Assembly (NCBI GenBank): GCA_963832745.1
Contig: CAWHVC010000003.1
Location: forward strand, 791,451 to 855,450
Length of the DNA stretch: 64,000 bases
Reading direction: 5' to 3'
Source: Candidatus Bathyarchaeota archaeon
GTDB taxonomy: Archaea; Thermoproteota; Bathyarchaeia; Bathyarchaeales; Bathycorpusculaceae
Both the position numbers and the translations under genes were made by a program. Position 1 is the stretch's first letter. Each line of letters opens with the position of its first letter. Shown here piece after piece: positions 10,188 to 20,162 of this stretch. The notes beneath the pieces are model-generated. The model made no database searches, was not told the origin of the DNA, and was given only the letters and a program-made list of their open reading frames with translations.

Positions 10188-12101
10188 TTAACCGTGGAAC
10201 TGGGGACGTTTCGAGAGATAAACTGGCAAGGGCAAGGGTTTGTAGGGTTTGCCTGCAATTTTTTCTGTGACTTTGGTGATGAGCTGCTCGGTGGTTAAGG
10301 CTTCTTGTTGACCCTTAAGTTCTCGTACGCGGACGGAAAGAGTGCCTGATTCAATTTCTTTTTCGCCAACAACGATTATGTAAGGTACCCATTCCTGTTC
10401 TGCTTCACGGATTTTCTTCTGCAGAGTAGATGCTGAATCGTCGATGTCAACGCGGATACAGTGACCAGCAATTTGAGTGGCTAATTGCTCAACTTTGTCA
10501 AGGAACTTGTCGGAAATTGGAATCAAACGTACCTGAGTTGGTGAGAGCCAGACTGGAAGCATTGGTGCTTTGCCTGTCATTTGTTCACGGTAAGCCTTTT
10601 CAAGCAATGCGTAAATGTCACGTTCGATGGCGCCGCTTGGGCTACAGTGCAAAATGAGTGGGAACTGTTTTTCGCCCGCCTCGTTAACGTAAGTGATTTC
10701 ATAACGTTTGGCATTTTCTACGTCGATTTGGTCAGTGCTTAATGCTGCGGCTTTGTCTTGGTTGTCAACAAAGTTAAGGTCCCATTTCAAAGCAAAATAG
10801 AAGAACCGTTCATTCCAAACTTCAGCAAGGATTGGCTTGCCGAATGCTTTGGCAAGTTCTGCTATGAAGTCTTTGTTTTCAGCGTAGAAGTCTTTGGTGA
10901 AACGCATTGCAATCTCGTAATCGTCATGTACCAAGCCTATGTTGGCAAGCACGTCGATACAGAGGTTGAAGCGTACCATGAATTCCTTCTTCGCCTGTTC
11001 AAGGTCAGTACAGAAAGCGTGGCAATCAGGCATGGTGAATGCGCGTAAACGTTTTAGGCCGACGACTTCGCCGCTTTTCTCTCGTCTGAAACTGTAACGT
11101 GTAAGCTCGTAAAGTTTGATAGGCATTTGTTTGTAACTAAACTGGGCGTCATGTGCCATCAAGAATTGCCCAAAGCATGCCGCAAACCGCAAAAACAGTT
11201 CTTTATCTTCTGATTTAAGGACGTATTGACGTGCTGGGAACCTGTTTAGGTAGCTTTTGAGGCTTGGATGGTTGAAGTCATACATAATTGGGGTTTCAAC
11301 TTCCATGCCGCCGTAAGCCTGCACGCGGGCTGTAACATATTGTTCGAGCAAGGATTTTATCATGCGTCCTTTGGGATACCAGCGGACGTTGCCGGGGTCA
11401 CTGCCAGGTTCATAATCAGCAATCTCAAGACGTTTCATCAAGGGCACGTGTGGTGGCATGACAGTGACTGCGCGGGTCTTCTTGATTTCATAGTTGGCGA
11501 ATTTTTGCAGGTTAGCATGTCCTTTGAATTTGAATTCTTCGACTGGTACAAGTGAACCGTCAGTTTGCAGGATATGCCAGTAAGACTTCATTGTGTCCTC
11601 GGCTTTAAGCGCCGCTGAAACTGGTTCCTCTTCCTTTTTAGGTCCAAATACGCCTTCGGCTTCCGTTTTCGCTTCTGTTGAGGGGGTTGCTTCTGGAGTG
11701 TAAGCGCGGGCTTGCTCAGCCAACGGGTGGCCTTTGATGGATATTGTGAACTGTTTGTTCCAGCCAAAAGGTGCACGGTAGGTTTCTATGCCTTTTTGTT
11801 TTGCAAAGTCTTCCATTTCTTTGATTACAGGGAAGGCTTCAGAAGGTTTTGATAAGTTGCTGCTTAAATGTGCGAATGGGTAGATGAGTATTTTGTTAAC
11901 TTTTAGTTTACCCAGAAAAGCTCTTGCGTCGTTGATGGCTTTCTGTGCAATTTGGGCGTTGTCGCCTTCTTCAACCGCTGTGAAAAGTACAACGACTTCT
12001 TCTACGCGAACTTCATTTTTTTCTGCTTCTTCAGCTTGCGGAATTTCTTTTTCTACTGGCTTGTAAGTTATAAAGTTAGAGTGTAACTGTAAAATTCGCA
12101 T
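10188..12101 (-). CDS. thrS: threonine--tRNA ligase with archaeal N-terminal editing domain
   Basis: MRILQLHS...YPFAHLSS...APFGWNK, LRFAACFGQF, RLRAFTMPDCH, HCSPSGAIER. Confidence 0.97.
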   Translation of the reverse strand: MRILQLHSNFITYKPVEKEIPQAEEAEKNEVRVEEVVVLFTAVEEGDNAQIAQKAINDARAFLGKLKVNKILIYPFAHLSSNLSKPSEAFPVIKEMEDFAKQKGIETYRAPFGWNKQFTISIKGHPLAEQARAYTPEATPSTEAKTEAEGVFGPKKEEEPVSAALKAEDTMKSYWHILQTDGSLVPVEEFKFKGHANLQKFANYEIKKTRAVTVMPPHVPLMKRLEIADYEPGSDPGNVRWYPKGRMIKSLLEQYVTARVQAYGGMEVETPIMYDFNHPSLKSYLNRFPARQYVLKSEDKELFLRFAACFGQFLMAHDAQFSYKQMPIKLYELTRYSFRREKSGEVVGLKRLRAFTMPDCHAFCTDLEQAKKEFMVRFNLCIDVLANIGLVHDDYEIAMRFTKDFYAENKDFIAELAKAFGKPILAEVWNERFFYFALKWDLNFVDNQDKAAALSTDQIDVENAKRYEITYVNEAGEKQFPLILHCSPSGAIERDIYALLEKAYREQMTGKAPMLPVWLSPTQVRLIPISDKFLDKVEQLATQIAGHCIRVDIDDSASTLQKKIREAEQEWVPYIIVVGEKEIESGTLSVRVRELKGQQEALTTEQLITKVTEKIAGKPYKPLPLPVYLSKRPQFHG

Positions 12102-12115
12102 TTATCTGTAACCTT

Positions 12116-12322
12116 CTACATTCCGTGACGCCATTTGTCAAGGAGTTTATCTTTCTTGGACTTCTTTTTGTATTCTTTATAGTGCTCCTTGCAAAGGTAA
12201 GCACGTTTGTCAGTATTAATTTTTAATCCTGCAGCTTTAACTTTGTCAGCTGAAATTGAACGTTCTGCTTCGTTACTGCAGCCTGACACACTGCATTTTT
12301 CGCCTTTATCTATTCGTCCCAC
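12116..12322 (-). CDS. small conserved archaeal Zn-binding protein
   Basis: GTG start after GAGG gives MGRIDKGEKCSVSGC...YLCKEHYK (CxxxxC...CxxH). Confidence 0.75.
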   Translation of the reverse strand: MGRIDKGEKCSVSGCSNEAERSISADKVKAAGLKINTDKRAYLCKEHYKEYKKKSKKDKLLDKWRHGM

Positions 12323-12370
12323 GATAGTGCGCCTCAAATCTAACTGATTTACTTTTAGTTACATGTATAC

Positions 12371-13297
12371 TTATTGCTTAAGTTCTTTTTCATAAAGGTA
12401 AGTAGCTCTTTTTAGGATTTCTTGCTTTTCCCCAAAATAAGTTGAACCAATTCCTTCCACCACCATCGAAGCGGCAGCAGACCCTACAGAAGCACACCAC
12501 AAAGACGTCTTATCCCGCAGGTACTCAGTTAAGAAACCGCCAATGAAAACGTCGCCTGCACCAGTTGGGTCAACAAGCACGCTTGATTGGCAAGCAGGAA
12601 CATTATACTGTGCCCCTTCAACAGAAAGCAATGAACCTTTAGCACCCATGGTTACAATAACTGTTTCTACGCCAACATCATGTAACGCTTTAATTGCCGA
12701 TTTAAGCTCAGATTGCCCAGTTAAAGCAAAAATTTCGTCTTGTGACGCTTTGCAAATGTTAACCAAGCCCATGATGCGTTTGTCTGCCTGAAGGCTCTGG
12801 GTTACGTTGCCGTTTTGGTCAAAACATCGCAGGAATCCTTGAGGGTCAAGTGATAGGACATCGCAGCATGCTTTTAAGCGTTCTACGGTTTCGTAGCTGA
12901 TTTCGTTAGCTATCGGCGCAATGTGAATGGCTTTAGCTTGCAGGTCGCGTGGGATGTCGTCAATGTTAATTGGGTTGCCTTTGCAGGTTAGTTTTAGTGT
13001 GCGTTCGGAGAAGTCTTGGTTGTAAGCAAGTTCAAAATGGGTTGTTGTTTCTTGCATGTAACGTTTTACGGCTGAAACATCGATGCCTTCTTCTTTTAGC
13101 CACCACAGATAGGCTTCTGGAAAGTCTTCTCCGACCCGTGACACAACTGATACTGCTCCTTCGAGGGTTTTTACTGCAAAAGAAGTGTAAGTGGTTGCGC
13201 CGCCCAAATTGTGAAATGGTTTGTCTCGGGTGGGAACTATTATGGAGTCTAACGAGAAACTGCCGACTACGCAGACGTCACATTTTTGGGTTGCCAT
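12371..13297 (-). CDS. PfkB family carbohydrate/nucleoside kinase
   Basis: LGGATTY, SLDPQG, VTMGAKGS, DPTGAGDVF. Confidence 0.92.
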   Translation of the reverse strand: MATQKCDVCVVGSFSLDSIIVPTRDKPFHNLGGATTYTSFAVKTLEGAVSVVSRVGEDFPEAYLWWLKEEGIDVSAVKRYMQETTTHFELAYNQDFSERTLKLTCKGNPINIDDIPRDLQAKAIHIAPIANEISYETVERLKACCDVLSLDPQGFLRCFDQNGNVTQSLQADKRIMGLVNICKASQDEIFALTGQSELKSAIKALHDVGVETVIVTMGAKGSLLSVEGAQYNVPACQSSVLVDPTGAGDVFIGGFLTEYLRDKTSLWCASVGSAAASMVVEGIGSTYFGEKQEILKRATYLYEKELKQ

Positions 13298-13421
13298 TTT
13301 GCTGTTCCGATTGATTTTATGGTTACAGGTGATATATAGAATTAGCCTTCTTTACAGGATGACTGACTTAAGGTTTTTTGTTGGTAAATTTAATATATTC
13401 CTCAAGCTTGAAGAAGGGGTT

Positions 13422-13486
13422 GGCTATGGCATTAGCCTTGGCGTAGTCCAGAACCGCAAACCATGAGGATGCTGATAATGCCTACC
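13422..13486 (+). ncRNA. fluoride riboswitch (crcB motif)
   Basis: GGCTATGGCATTAGCC...AACCGC...GCTGATAATGCCTAC matches the crcB consensus; P1 GGCTA/TAGCC, pseudoknot GGCATT/AATGCC; directly upstream of crcB. Confidence 0.9.
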
Positions 13487-13507
13487 AGAAAAGGCAGGTA
13501 ATAGACA

Positions 13508-13897
13508 GTGAAGTGGATAGAGTTAGCCCTTTTGGCGGCGGGTGCAGTAATTGGCGCAGGTTTACGTTACAAACTTGTTGAGTCTCCAGCATCAATCTAC
13601 GGGTTACCCCTAAACGTGCTCCTCGTAAACATAATCGGTAGCTTCATACTGGGATTCTTCGCAGTCATGTCCCCAGCACTTAATCTTGACCCAAAATACA
13701 CCCTTTTTATGGGTGTTGGTTTCTGCGGCAGCCTAACAACAATGTCCTCGTTTGCGCTGGAAACAAGCAACCTGTTTGACAACAGCCGATACGGATTAAT
13801 GGCGTTAAACGTCTTAACAAACGTGGGTTTATCGTTGGGGGCAGTTTTCGCGGGCAAAACCATAGCTGACGTGGTAATGGAGAGGTTTATGCGTTGA
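13508..13897 (+). CDS. crcB: fluoride efflux channel FluC/CrcB
   Basis: GAVIGAGLRY, VNIIGSFILG, GFCGSLTTMSSF. Confidence 0.95.
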   Translation: MKWIELALLAAGAVIGAGLRYKLVESPASIYGLPLNVLLVNIIGSFILGFFAVMSPALNLDPKYTLFMGVGFCGSLTTMSSFALETSNLFDNSRYGLMALNVLTNVGLSLGAVFAGKTIADVVMERFMR

Positions 13898-14205
13898 AAC
13901 AAAAAATGTGGCAACTAACCATCCGAATAAAACGCAACGACACTGTAGATGGCAAACGACTTGAACACTTACTGCTGGATTTGCTAAAAAAGGCGGGGGT
14001 TTCAGGGGCAACAGTTTGGACTGGCGTTGACGGCTTTGGAAAACGAGGAAAATCCACCATGCATCTTGAGGGCATCCAAATAAATATGCCTCTAATTATC
14101 GAAGTTATTGATTTAGAAGAAAAACTCGAACCCTTGCTGGTTGAGCTTAAACGGCTTATTGACGACAACGGACTAGTCACGGTTCAAGAAACCTATGTAA
14201 TCTGA
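13894..14205 (+). CDS. DUF190 domain protein
   Basis: GVSGATVWTGVDGFG...PLIIEVID; canonical crcB neighbour, TTGA overlap. Confidence 0.9.
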   Translation: MKQKMWQLTIRIKRNDTVDGKRLEHLLLDLLKKAGVSGATVWTGVDGFGKRGKSTMHLEGIQINMPLIIEVIDLEEKLEPLLVELKRLIDDNGLVTVQETYVI

Positions 14206-14982
14206 TCAGTTTATATTTTCGTTTACTCTTTTGCGGTTCTTTTTTGCAAGAACAACAAGCGCAGCCGCTAAAACCACAACTACAACAAACAAAACGATTG
14301 CAACCTGCTGCCAATCAAAACCAAATAACACTTCAGCCAGAACATTTGATTGTTGAGCTGCTTGTGTGCCATCGGGAATTGTTACATTTTGCGTCTGGCT
14401 CCAACCGCTTGTTTCGTCAATAATGTAAACTTTTCTCTCTTCAACGCCATACTCAGGACCCAACATTGGATGCAAAGGGTGCAATTCGATTTCTGAATGA
14501 CTAACAAATGCTATCACTTGAAAATCGATTTGGGCTTTAAGTGGATACTGGGTGGATACTGAAATGTTTGTGTATTCTGAATTTGATTGGGATGGGTAAT
14601 GGAAGTATTCGCCGCTGGGCGCTTGATAAAGTTCATTCCAGCCTTCTTCAAAATGACCCTTACTGCGAACATTATAACTCAAACTATACGTTATGTTGTT
14701 AGAACTGTAAGCATAGGGCTGATTTTTTATAGATACCTCTATGTCGTAGGCTTGCACATGGCGTCCAGGGATGGTTATGGCTTCGCCAGTATAGGGGTCA
14801 ACAGAAGTTGTTGGAGCAACATCATGTGACTTGTCGATTATGTTTACGGTGAATTCGGGCAAAGAAGGTTTAGGAACCGTTGAAGCAGCATAAACAGTTG
14901 GAGTTAGTACAACCAGAAGTGCAATCAAAGCAATTCCAGTCAGGGTTATGCCGATTTTTCGGTTTCTACCGTGATTGCCCAC
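14206..14982 (-). CDS. secreted/membrane-anchored hypothetical protein
   Basis: Signal peptide, VPKPSLPEFT motif, SGWSQTQNVTIP, C-terminal TM plus basic tail. Confidence 0.75.
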   Translation of the reverse strand: MGNHGRNRKIGITLTGIALIALLVVLTPTVYAASTVPKPSLPEFTVNIIDKSHDVAPTTSVDPYTGEAITIPGRHVQAYDIEVSIKNQPYAYSSNNITYSLSYNVRSKGHFEEGWNELYQAPSGEYFHYPSQSNSEYTNISVSTQYPLKAQIDFQVIAFVSHSEIELHPLHPMLGPEYGVEERKVYIIDETSGWSQTQNVTIPDGTQAAQQSNVLAEVLFGFDWQQVAIVLFVVVVVLAAALVVLAKKNRKRVNENIN

Positions 14983-15179
14983 TTTTAAGCCTCCAAGTCA
15001 GCCCTAAATAAGGCTGGGACAAAAAAGGCTAATAAGGCTTCTTGAAAATCAGCGCAGACAACATAAAATGTCCAAAAAGCAGAATCAACTTTCAAATATA
15101 GTAACCAACAGCAGCCGCCATTCTGCTTTTTAACTAAATTTTAAATCAGAACAAAACAATAGAAATACTAAGATAAGCA

Positions 15180-15799
15180 ATGTGGGCTTTAGCTATCGTT
15201 GACCCAACAATTTACGCGTTACCTTACATTATTATGCATTCGCGTTTATCGCAGTTTTTTCAGGGCTCATCTTAAAGTTTAAGGTTCTTCACAGTTTTCA
15301 CAAAAAACGCAGCCTCGCCTTTTACGCTGTTATGACAGCGGTTGGGGTTTTGCTGGGTTTCTTGGCGTATGATGCAGGTTTAGGTCCAACTCATATCTCG
15401 TACCATTTTGTTTTTGGTTCGGACTCATTTAACCCTGAAGGGGTGAACCAGTTTAACGTTAATTCAATCAACAATGGCATACGAACGGCAAGCTACAATC
15501 TGGTTCTTCACGGCATAAACGCGTCTTTCACCGAAACAAACCCGCCTGAATACGTTAGAATTGACGAGTCAACCATCAAAATGCCTTATACATTCAACAC
15601 TGCCGCAGAAGCAAGCATAAGCAAACCAGTTTTCTTCACTATAAACCAAGGCGCATCAGGCTTTTCAGTTAATATTGACATGGAAACTTCAGAAGGCACC
15701 AACCTACTAGTTACCACTTGTACAGACTCGATGATTTGCACATACAACTCCACGCTTAACAGTTACACAATAAAGTCAATATCATCAGTGACAGCCTAG
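15180..15799 (+). CDS. membrane-anchored hypothetical protein (1-bp frameshift near 15236)
   Basis: ATG 15180 MWALAIVDPTIYALPYIIM joins AFAFIAVFSGLILKFK...VMTAVGV after one base shift. Confidence 0.55.
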
Positions 15800-15822
15800 A
15801 AAAATGTGGAAGCGCCAATTTG

Positions 15823-15870
15823 ACCTACCTCCTATAGGTTTTTGCCTAGAACCACTAATAGGCATCCAAA
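15823..15870. repeat. dispersed intergenic repeat family A, copy 2
   Basis: ACCTACCTCCTATAGGTTTTTGCCTAGAACCACTAATAGGCATCCAAA, 42/48 with 8414-8460. Confidence 0.75.
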
Positions 15871-15934
15871 TAGACGCCAAATAGGTTGGCTGAAAAACTA
15901 AAAATGAATAAAACAAGAAAATGAAATTTTGAGT

Positions 15935-16297
15935 TTAGGAAAGCAGCAAGATTGCTTTTGCCAAGTCGCCGCCGCATTCCTCAAGTGCTTCTTTTGCTTT
16001 CTCGAGGCTTTTGCCGGTTTGGTCTGCTACCAACTGTGCGTCTTCGTCAGTGAATGTTGGTTTTGCTGGGGCTGCTGAGGTGATTTTTCCGGGTGCTTGC
16101 TCGCTGACTTGTCCGCCGATGACTTGGTACATTTTTTGTCCTTGAACCTGCAGAATTGCAACTTCTGGCTCGTCGATGACTATGTCTTTTGTGGCTGTTC
16201 GGATGATTACTTGGTTAACATCTTCAACAGAATCCATGTTCATGCCCATTTTTTGCATCATGCGTTTCTGTTCACGAGGATTCATACGTTTATGCAT
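15935..16297 (-). CDS. nac: nascent polypeptide-associated complex protein
   Basis: MNPREQKRMMQKMGM, QGQKMYQVIG, UBA-like DAQLVADQTG...GDLAKAIL. Confidence 0.95.
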   Translation of the reverse strand: MHKRMNPREQKRMMQKMGMNMDSVEDVNQVIIRTATKDIVIDEPEVAILQVQGQKMYQVIGGQVSEQAPGKITSAAPAKPTFTDEDAQLVADQTGKSLEKAKEALEECGGDLAKAILLLS

Positions 16298-16365
16298 ACA
16301 GCTACACTCTTCAAGTATAGTGTATTCTGCATTAGAACCAAATATACTTAACGACGAACCAACAG

Positions 16366-16497
16366 TTTTGTTTAGTAGTTGTTGCCGCAGAGGCCCTTTA
16401 GCACAACAACAACCAGCGGGTTGTGGGGTAGGTTTTGTTTTTGTGTCAGGGACTGTTTTGGTTTGCTGATTGGTTGTGGGGTTTTCTGTAAGCAGAG
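16366..16497. repeat. dispersed intergenic repeat family B, copy 1
   Basis: TTTTGTTTAGTAGTTGTTGCCGCAGA...TTAGCACAACAAC matches reverse complement of 29505-29552 and 40610 onward. Confidence 0.7.
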
Positions 16498-16524
16498 TTA
16501 AACTGGAACATTTAAAATTAGTTA

Positions 16525-17661
16525 TTACTGGCGTGATTGCGTTTTTGCCGCTTGTATTAGCGGGTAATTGTCTTTGTTGTTTGCATCTATTATGTATGGT
16601 GTGTTGTAGGTGCCAGTGGCGCTGTTTTGTGTGGCATCAGGGTATCGGGTTTGGTAGTCACCCCAATAGTTGCCTACTGTACCGTTATCCCATGAAACTA
16701 AGTCTGTACCATTTAGTTCATTTGGTACCTGATGAGTTGCTGTCGTCTCAACGACCGCTTGCCTTTGATTATCCAACAAGTTGTTACTAAAAAATAGGTT
16801 TCCACTACCAATTGATGGTGTTTCTACGGAATAAAAATAATAATTTTGCACGGAAACTCCAACCGAGCAATTGGTTAAAGAATTAGTGTATACTAAAGAA
16901 TTGTTAGCGCCTTGGTATTGAATTCCATTTTTAAAGCCATTAACATTGTTTTCAAAAACTTCGCAGTTTTTACCAGGACCTAGGACTATGCCCCCATATA
17001 AGTAGTCATAAAGGCCACTATATACTCCGTCATGGGTAACGCCGTTAGAGACCGTGTTTTTTTCAACAATCACATCACTTGCATTGCCCTTAATGACAAT
17101 TCCTCTCTCGCAATTGCCTATATCGTTTTGAGAAATCAAAGTATTGTTGCCAACGCATGTGATGGCATTGCCGCAATTTGCAGAAATACTGTTATTTGTT
17201 ATGGCAATATTTGCTCCAGCAATTGATACTCCTTCACCAAACCCGTTAATTATGTTATTAGTCAATTGACAGTTGGAACATTTTGACCCTAATGTTACTC
17301 CATATGTGCAACCTGTTATTGTGAAGTTAGATATTGATACATCACTTGCGTTAACGATTACATTAACAAAACTCATATATTTTTCATAATGACCATGGAT
17401 TACCGTTTTTTCGGGGTTTTGTCCAATCAGCGTTAGAGGTTTATCAATTACTATTTCTTCAGTGTAATTGCCATTGCGAACATAAATTGTATCACCTGGC
17501 CATGAATTGTTTATGGCTGCTTGTATGGTTGGATAATCGGTTGGGACAACGATTGTTCCTAATGGTGAAGGCCAATGGCGAAGATAATTTAGAAACACAG
17601 TAACCGATGCCGCAAAAAGGAGAATAACCAATAATATTGCCAATTTACGTCTATCCAACAT
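16525..17661 (-). CDS. NosD/right-handed parallel beta-helix secreted protein
   Basis: VVPTDYPTIQAAINNS, PbH1 repeats, WDNGTVGNYWGDY...DNYPL. Confidence 0.88.
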   Translation of the reverse strand: MLDRRKLAILLVILLFAASVTVFLNYLRHWPSPLGTIVVPTDYPTIQAAINNSWPGDTIYVRNGNYTEEIVIDKPLTLIGQNPEKTVIHGHYEKYMSFVNVIVNASDVSISNFTITGCTYGVTLGSKCSNCQLTNNIINGFGEGVSIAGANIAITNNSISANCGNAITCVGNNTLISQNDIGNCERGIVIKGNASDVIVEKNTVSNGVTHDGVYSGLYDYLYGGIVLGPGKNCEVFENNVNGFKNGIQYQGANNSLVYTNSLTNCSVGVSVQNYYFYSVETPSIGSGNLFFSNNLLDNQRQAVVETTATHQVPNELNGTDLVSWDNGTVGNYWGDYQTRYPDATQNSATGTYNTPYIIDANNKDNYPLIQAAKTQSRQ

Positions 17662-17770
17662 GTCAACCGAAAAGTGGTAACCTACGGGTTAGATATTAGG
17701 CTGCCGCTTCTTGCAATGTCAAGCACAATTTTTTCTAAAAAGCAGCATCTAAAATGGGTAAATGGAAAAA

Positions 17771-18247
17771 TTAGTCTTTTTCTTTACTGTTTATGCCATG
17801 GCGCACTTTTACGGCGACGCCTGTTTTGAAGGCTCGGATTTCTGGAGCTGCAAGTGTCGCCCGTCCAACTGCCAAAAGTTGCTTGTTTTCGTCAACAACG
17901 ATAACTTCGTCTTTTGCTCGGATTTCATCATCCACTGAGACTACATGCACCGCGAACACGTCGCCGCCTGCCGCTATGTACTTGGAAACATCGTTTTTTA
18001 GTACAACAAAGCCTTTGGCTTCAGGAATAGTTTCTGTAATGGTTTTTGCGGCTTTGATGCTTAAGGAGAATAAGCCGTCGGTTGGGCGTAGCGTGGCTAA
18101 GCGTTCCCCGTCAAGGTTAACAAACCGTATTCTGCCCGTGCGTTTTGAAAGCTCGAAGGTTACGTTGTCTGGGAACAGTTTTTCGCCTACATTTTTGCCG
18201 AACTGGTAATCAGCTATGCTTCTTATTCTGCCAAGTTGGTTCTCCAC
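17771..18247 (-). CDS. PUA-domain RNA-binding protein (ArcTGT C-terminal-like)
   Basis: IADYQFG, SKRTGRIR, GGDVFAVHV...DEVIVVDE...AVKVRHG. Confidence 0.9.
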   Translation of the reverse strand: MENQLGRIRSIADYQFGKNVGEKLFPDNVTFELSKRTGRIRFVNLDGERLATLRPTDGLFSLSIKAAKTITETIPEAKGFVVLKNDVSKYIAAGGDVFAVHVVSVDDEIRAKDEVIVVDENKQLLAVGRATLAAPEIRAFKTGVAVKVRHGINSKEKD

Positions 18248-18333
18248 GCCTGAACTCCACCGTATTATTTCACTTTTGTTTCGATAAGTATAAACTTATC
18301 ATTCTGAATAAAATGGTTAAAAGGTGAAAGTTT

Positions 18334-18906
18334 ACGGTAAGATGTGAAGTTTGCGGGCGTAAAATTCACAATGACCCAATTCGGGCAAATATTGAAGGCG
18401 CAAAATTAACCGTCTGTGCTGAATGTGCCAAACATGGCAAAATCATTTATCCAGAAGAGGAAAATCGTGCACCTAAATCACCCTTCCTAACCATTGCATC
18501 AGGTTCCACTTCAGCCTCAGTAGCAAAACCCAAGAGGCAACCTCAAATGATGCAGAGAAAACGCAACCTTGTCGCAAAGGTAGAATTCACTCAAGAATTA
18601 ATCGAAGACTACGCCACCCTAATCCGCGTTACAAGAGAAAAACTTGGTTACACCCATGAGGACCTTGGCTTAAAAATCAGCGAAAGAGCATCAGTACTAA
18701 AACATATTGAACTAGGCAAAATGGAGCCAAATAACCTTCTTGCCAGCAAGCTTGAACGCGCACTAAAAATCAAGCTGCTGGTCCCCATAGAAGAAGAAAA
18801 ACCGACCCCGATTGCTTCAACTAAAAATCAAGAGATGACTTTGGGTGATCTTATCGAAATTGACAGTAACGACACGGAGGAACCCAAAGAACGAAAGCAA
18901 TCATAG
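18334..18906 (+). CDS. mbf1: archaeal multiprotein bridging factor aMBF1 (Zn ribbon + HTH), proposed ACG start
   Basis: Zn ribbon RCEVCG...VCAECAKHG lies upstream of the track Met; in-frame TGA at 18325, AGGTGA then ACG at 18334; HTH and TLGD tail. Confidence 0.9.
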   Translation, partial: TVRCEVCGRKIHNDPIRANIEGAKLTVCAECAKHGKIIYPEEENRAPKSPFLTIASGSTSASVAKPKRQPQMMQRKRNLVAKVEFTQELIEDYATLIRVTREKLGYTHEDLGLKISERASVLKHIELGKMEPNNLLASKLERALKIKLLVPIEEEKPTPIASTKNQEMTLGDLIEIDSNDTEEPKERKQS

Positions 18907-20162
18907 CTCAAAGACGCCTAAACCGTGAAGAATCAAGCCTTGAAGAATTAAAGGCACTTGCAGAGTCAGCAGGATACACAGTTGTTGGCACCCTAGAGCA
19001 AACAAGACCGCCTGATTCACGATACCAAATAGGTGCAGGAAAAGTTGAAGAACTCGCCAACATGGTAAAAGAAACAGGCGCAACCAAAATCATTTTTGAC
19101 AACACTTTACGTACAATACAAAACTATAATTTAGCTAAAGCCACAAGAGTCGAAGTCATCGACCGTTTTCAACTTATCCTTGAAATCTTTACACACCGCG
19201 CAACAACCACAGAGGCTCAACTGCAAATCCAGTTGGCAACTCTTAAAAACGAGCTTAAACATGCCCGAGAAAAAGTGCGCTTATCCAAAGGCACCGAACA
19301 ACCAGGTTTTATGGGTTTAGGCGCTTACGAAGCAGACGTTTACCGAGACGCCATCAAACTGCAAGTACAAACCAACTTGAAAAAATTGGCGGCAATCCGA
19401 ACAAAACGCGTTTTGCAACGTGAAAGAAGAATAGAACTCGGTTTCATTTCAATTTCACTTGCAGGCTACACAAGCGCAGGTAAAAGCACCTTATTTAATG
19501 CTTTAACGGAGGAGACCGCAAGAGTTGAAAAATCCCTATTCACTACTTTATCGACCCAAACGCGTATTGTAGAGTTTTCTAACCGCAAATTCCTCTTAAC
19601 CGACACCGTCGGCTTCATTGACCGCTTGCCAATTTCACTTATTGAAGCTTTCCATTCAACATTGGAAGAAACCATTTACTCTGACTTAATCGTCATAGTC
19701 CTTGACCTTAAAGAGCCGTTGGAGTTAATTGAAAAGAAAATCCGCGTCTGCCATGACACAATCAACCGTTTAGGAGCAGGCGGCATCCCACAAATTACAG
19801 CCTTAAACAAGGTTGACAGGCTAAGCCCTGAAGAGACACAACAAAAACTTGAAGCCTTAAAAGAAAAAATCCTCAACCCAATACTAATTTCAGCAAAAAA
19901 ACGTACAAACCTAGATGAGTTAAAACGGCAGATTGTACGTATGCTGGAAAATTATGTGCAAGGAAGCTTTGCTGTTCCATTGAAGGGCGAGTCAATGCCG
20001 TTTATTTCGTGGGTTCATGAAAAAGCTGAAGTTAAAAAAGAAGAATTCTTAGGCGACCGTGTACAGGTTGAATTTGAAGCTAACCCACAAGTTGCTGAAC
20101 AAATAAGAAGAAAAGTGGAAAAACTCAATGGAAAATTCACCCAACCAGTTAATGGCCAATAA
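18891..20162 (+). CDS. hflX: GTPase HflX, proposed ACG start
   Basis: GYTSAGKST, FTTL, DTVGFI, NKVD; conserved EELKALAESAGY...YQIGAGKVEE lies upstream of track Met 19062; in-frame TAA at 18867. Confidence 0.92.
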   Translation, partial: TKAIIAQRRLNREESSLEELKALAESAGYTVVGTLEQTRPPDSRYQIGAGKVEELANMVKETGATKIIFDNTLRTIQNYNLAKATRVEVIDRFQLILEIFTHRATTTEAQLQIQLATLKNELKHAREKVRLSKGTEQPGFMGLGAYEADVYRDAIKLQVQTNLKKLAAIRTKRVLQRERRIELGFISISLAGYTSAGKSTLFNALTEETARVEKSLFTTLSTQTRIVEFSNRKFLLTDTVGFIDRLPISLIEAFHSTLEETIYSDLIVIVLDLKEPLELIEKKIRVCHDTINRLGAGGIPQITALNKVDRLSPEETQQKLEALKEKILNPILISAKKRTNLDELKRQIVRMLENYVQGSFAVPLKGESMPFISWVHEKAEVKKEEFLGDRVQVEFEANPQVAEQIRRKVEKLNGKFTQPVNGQ

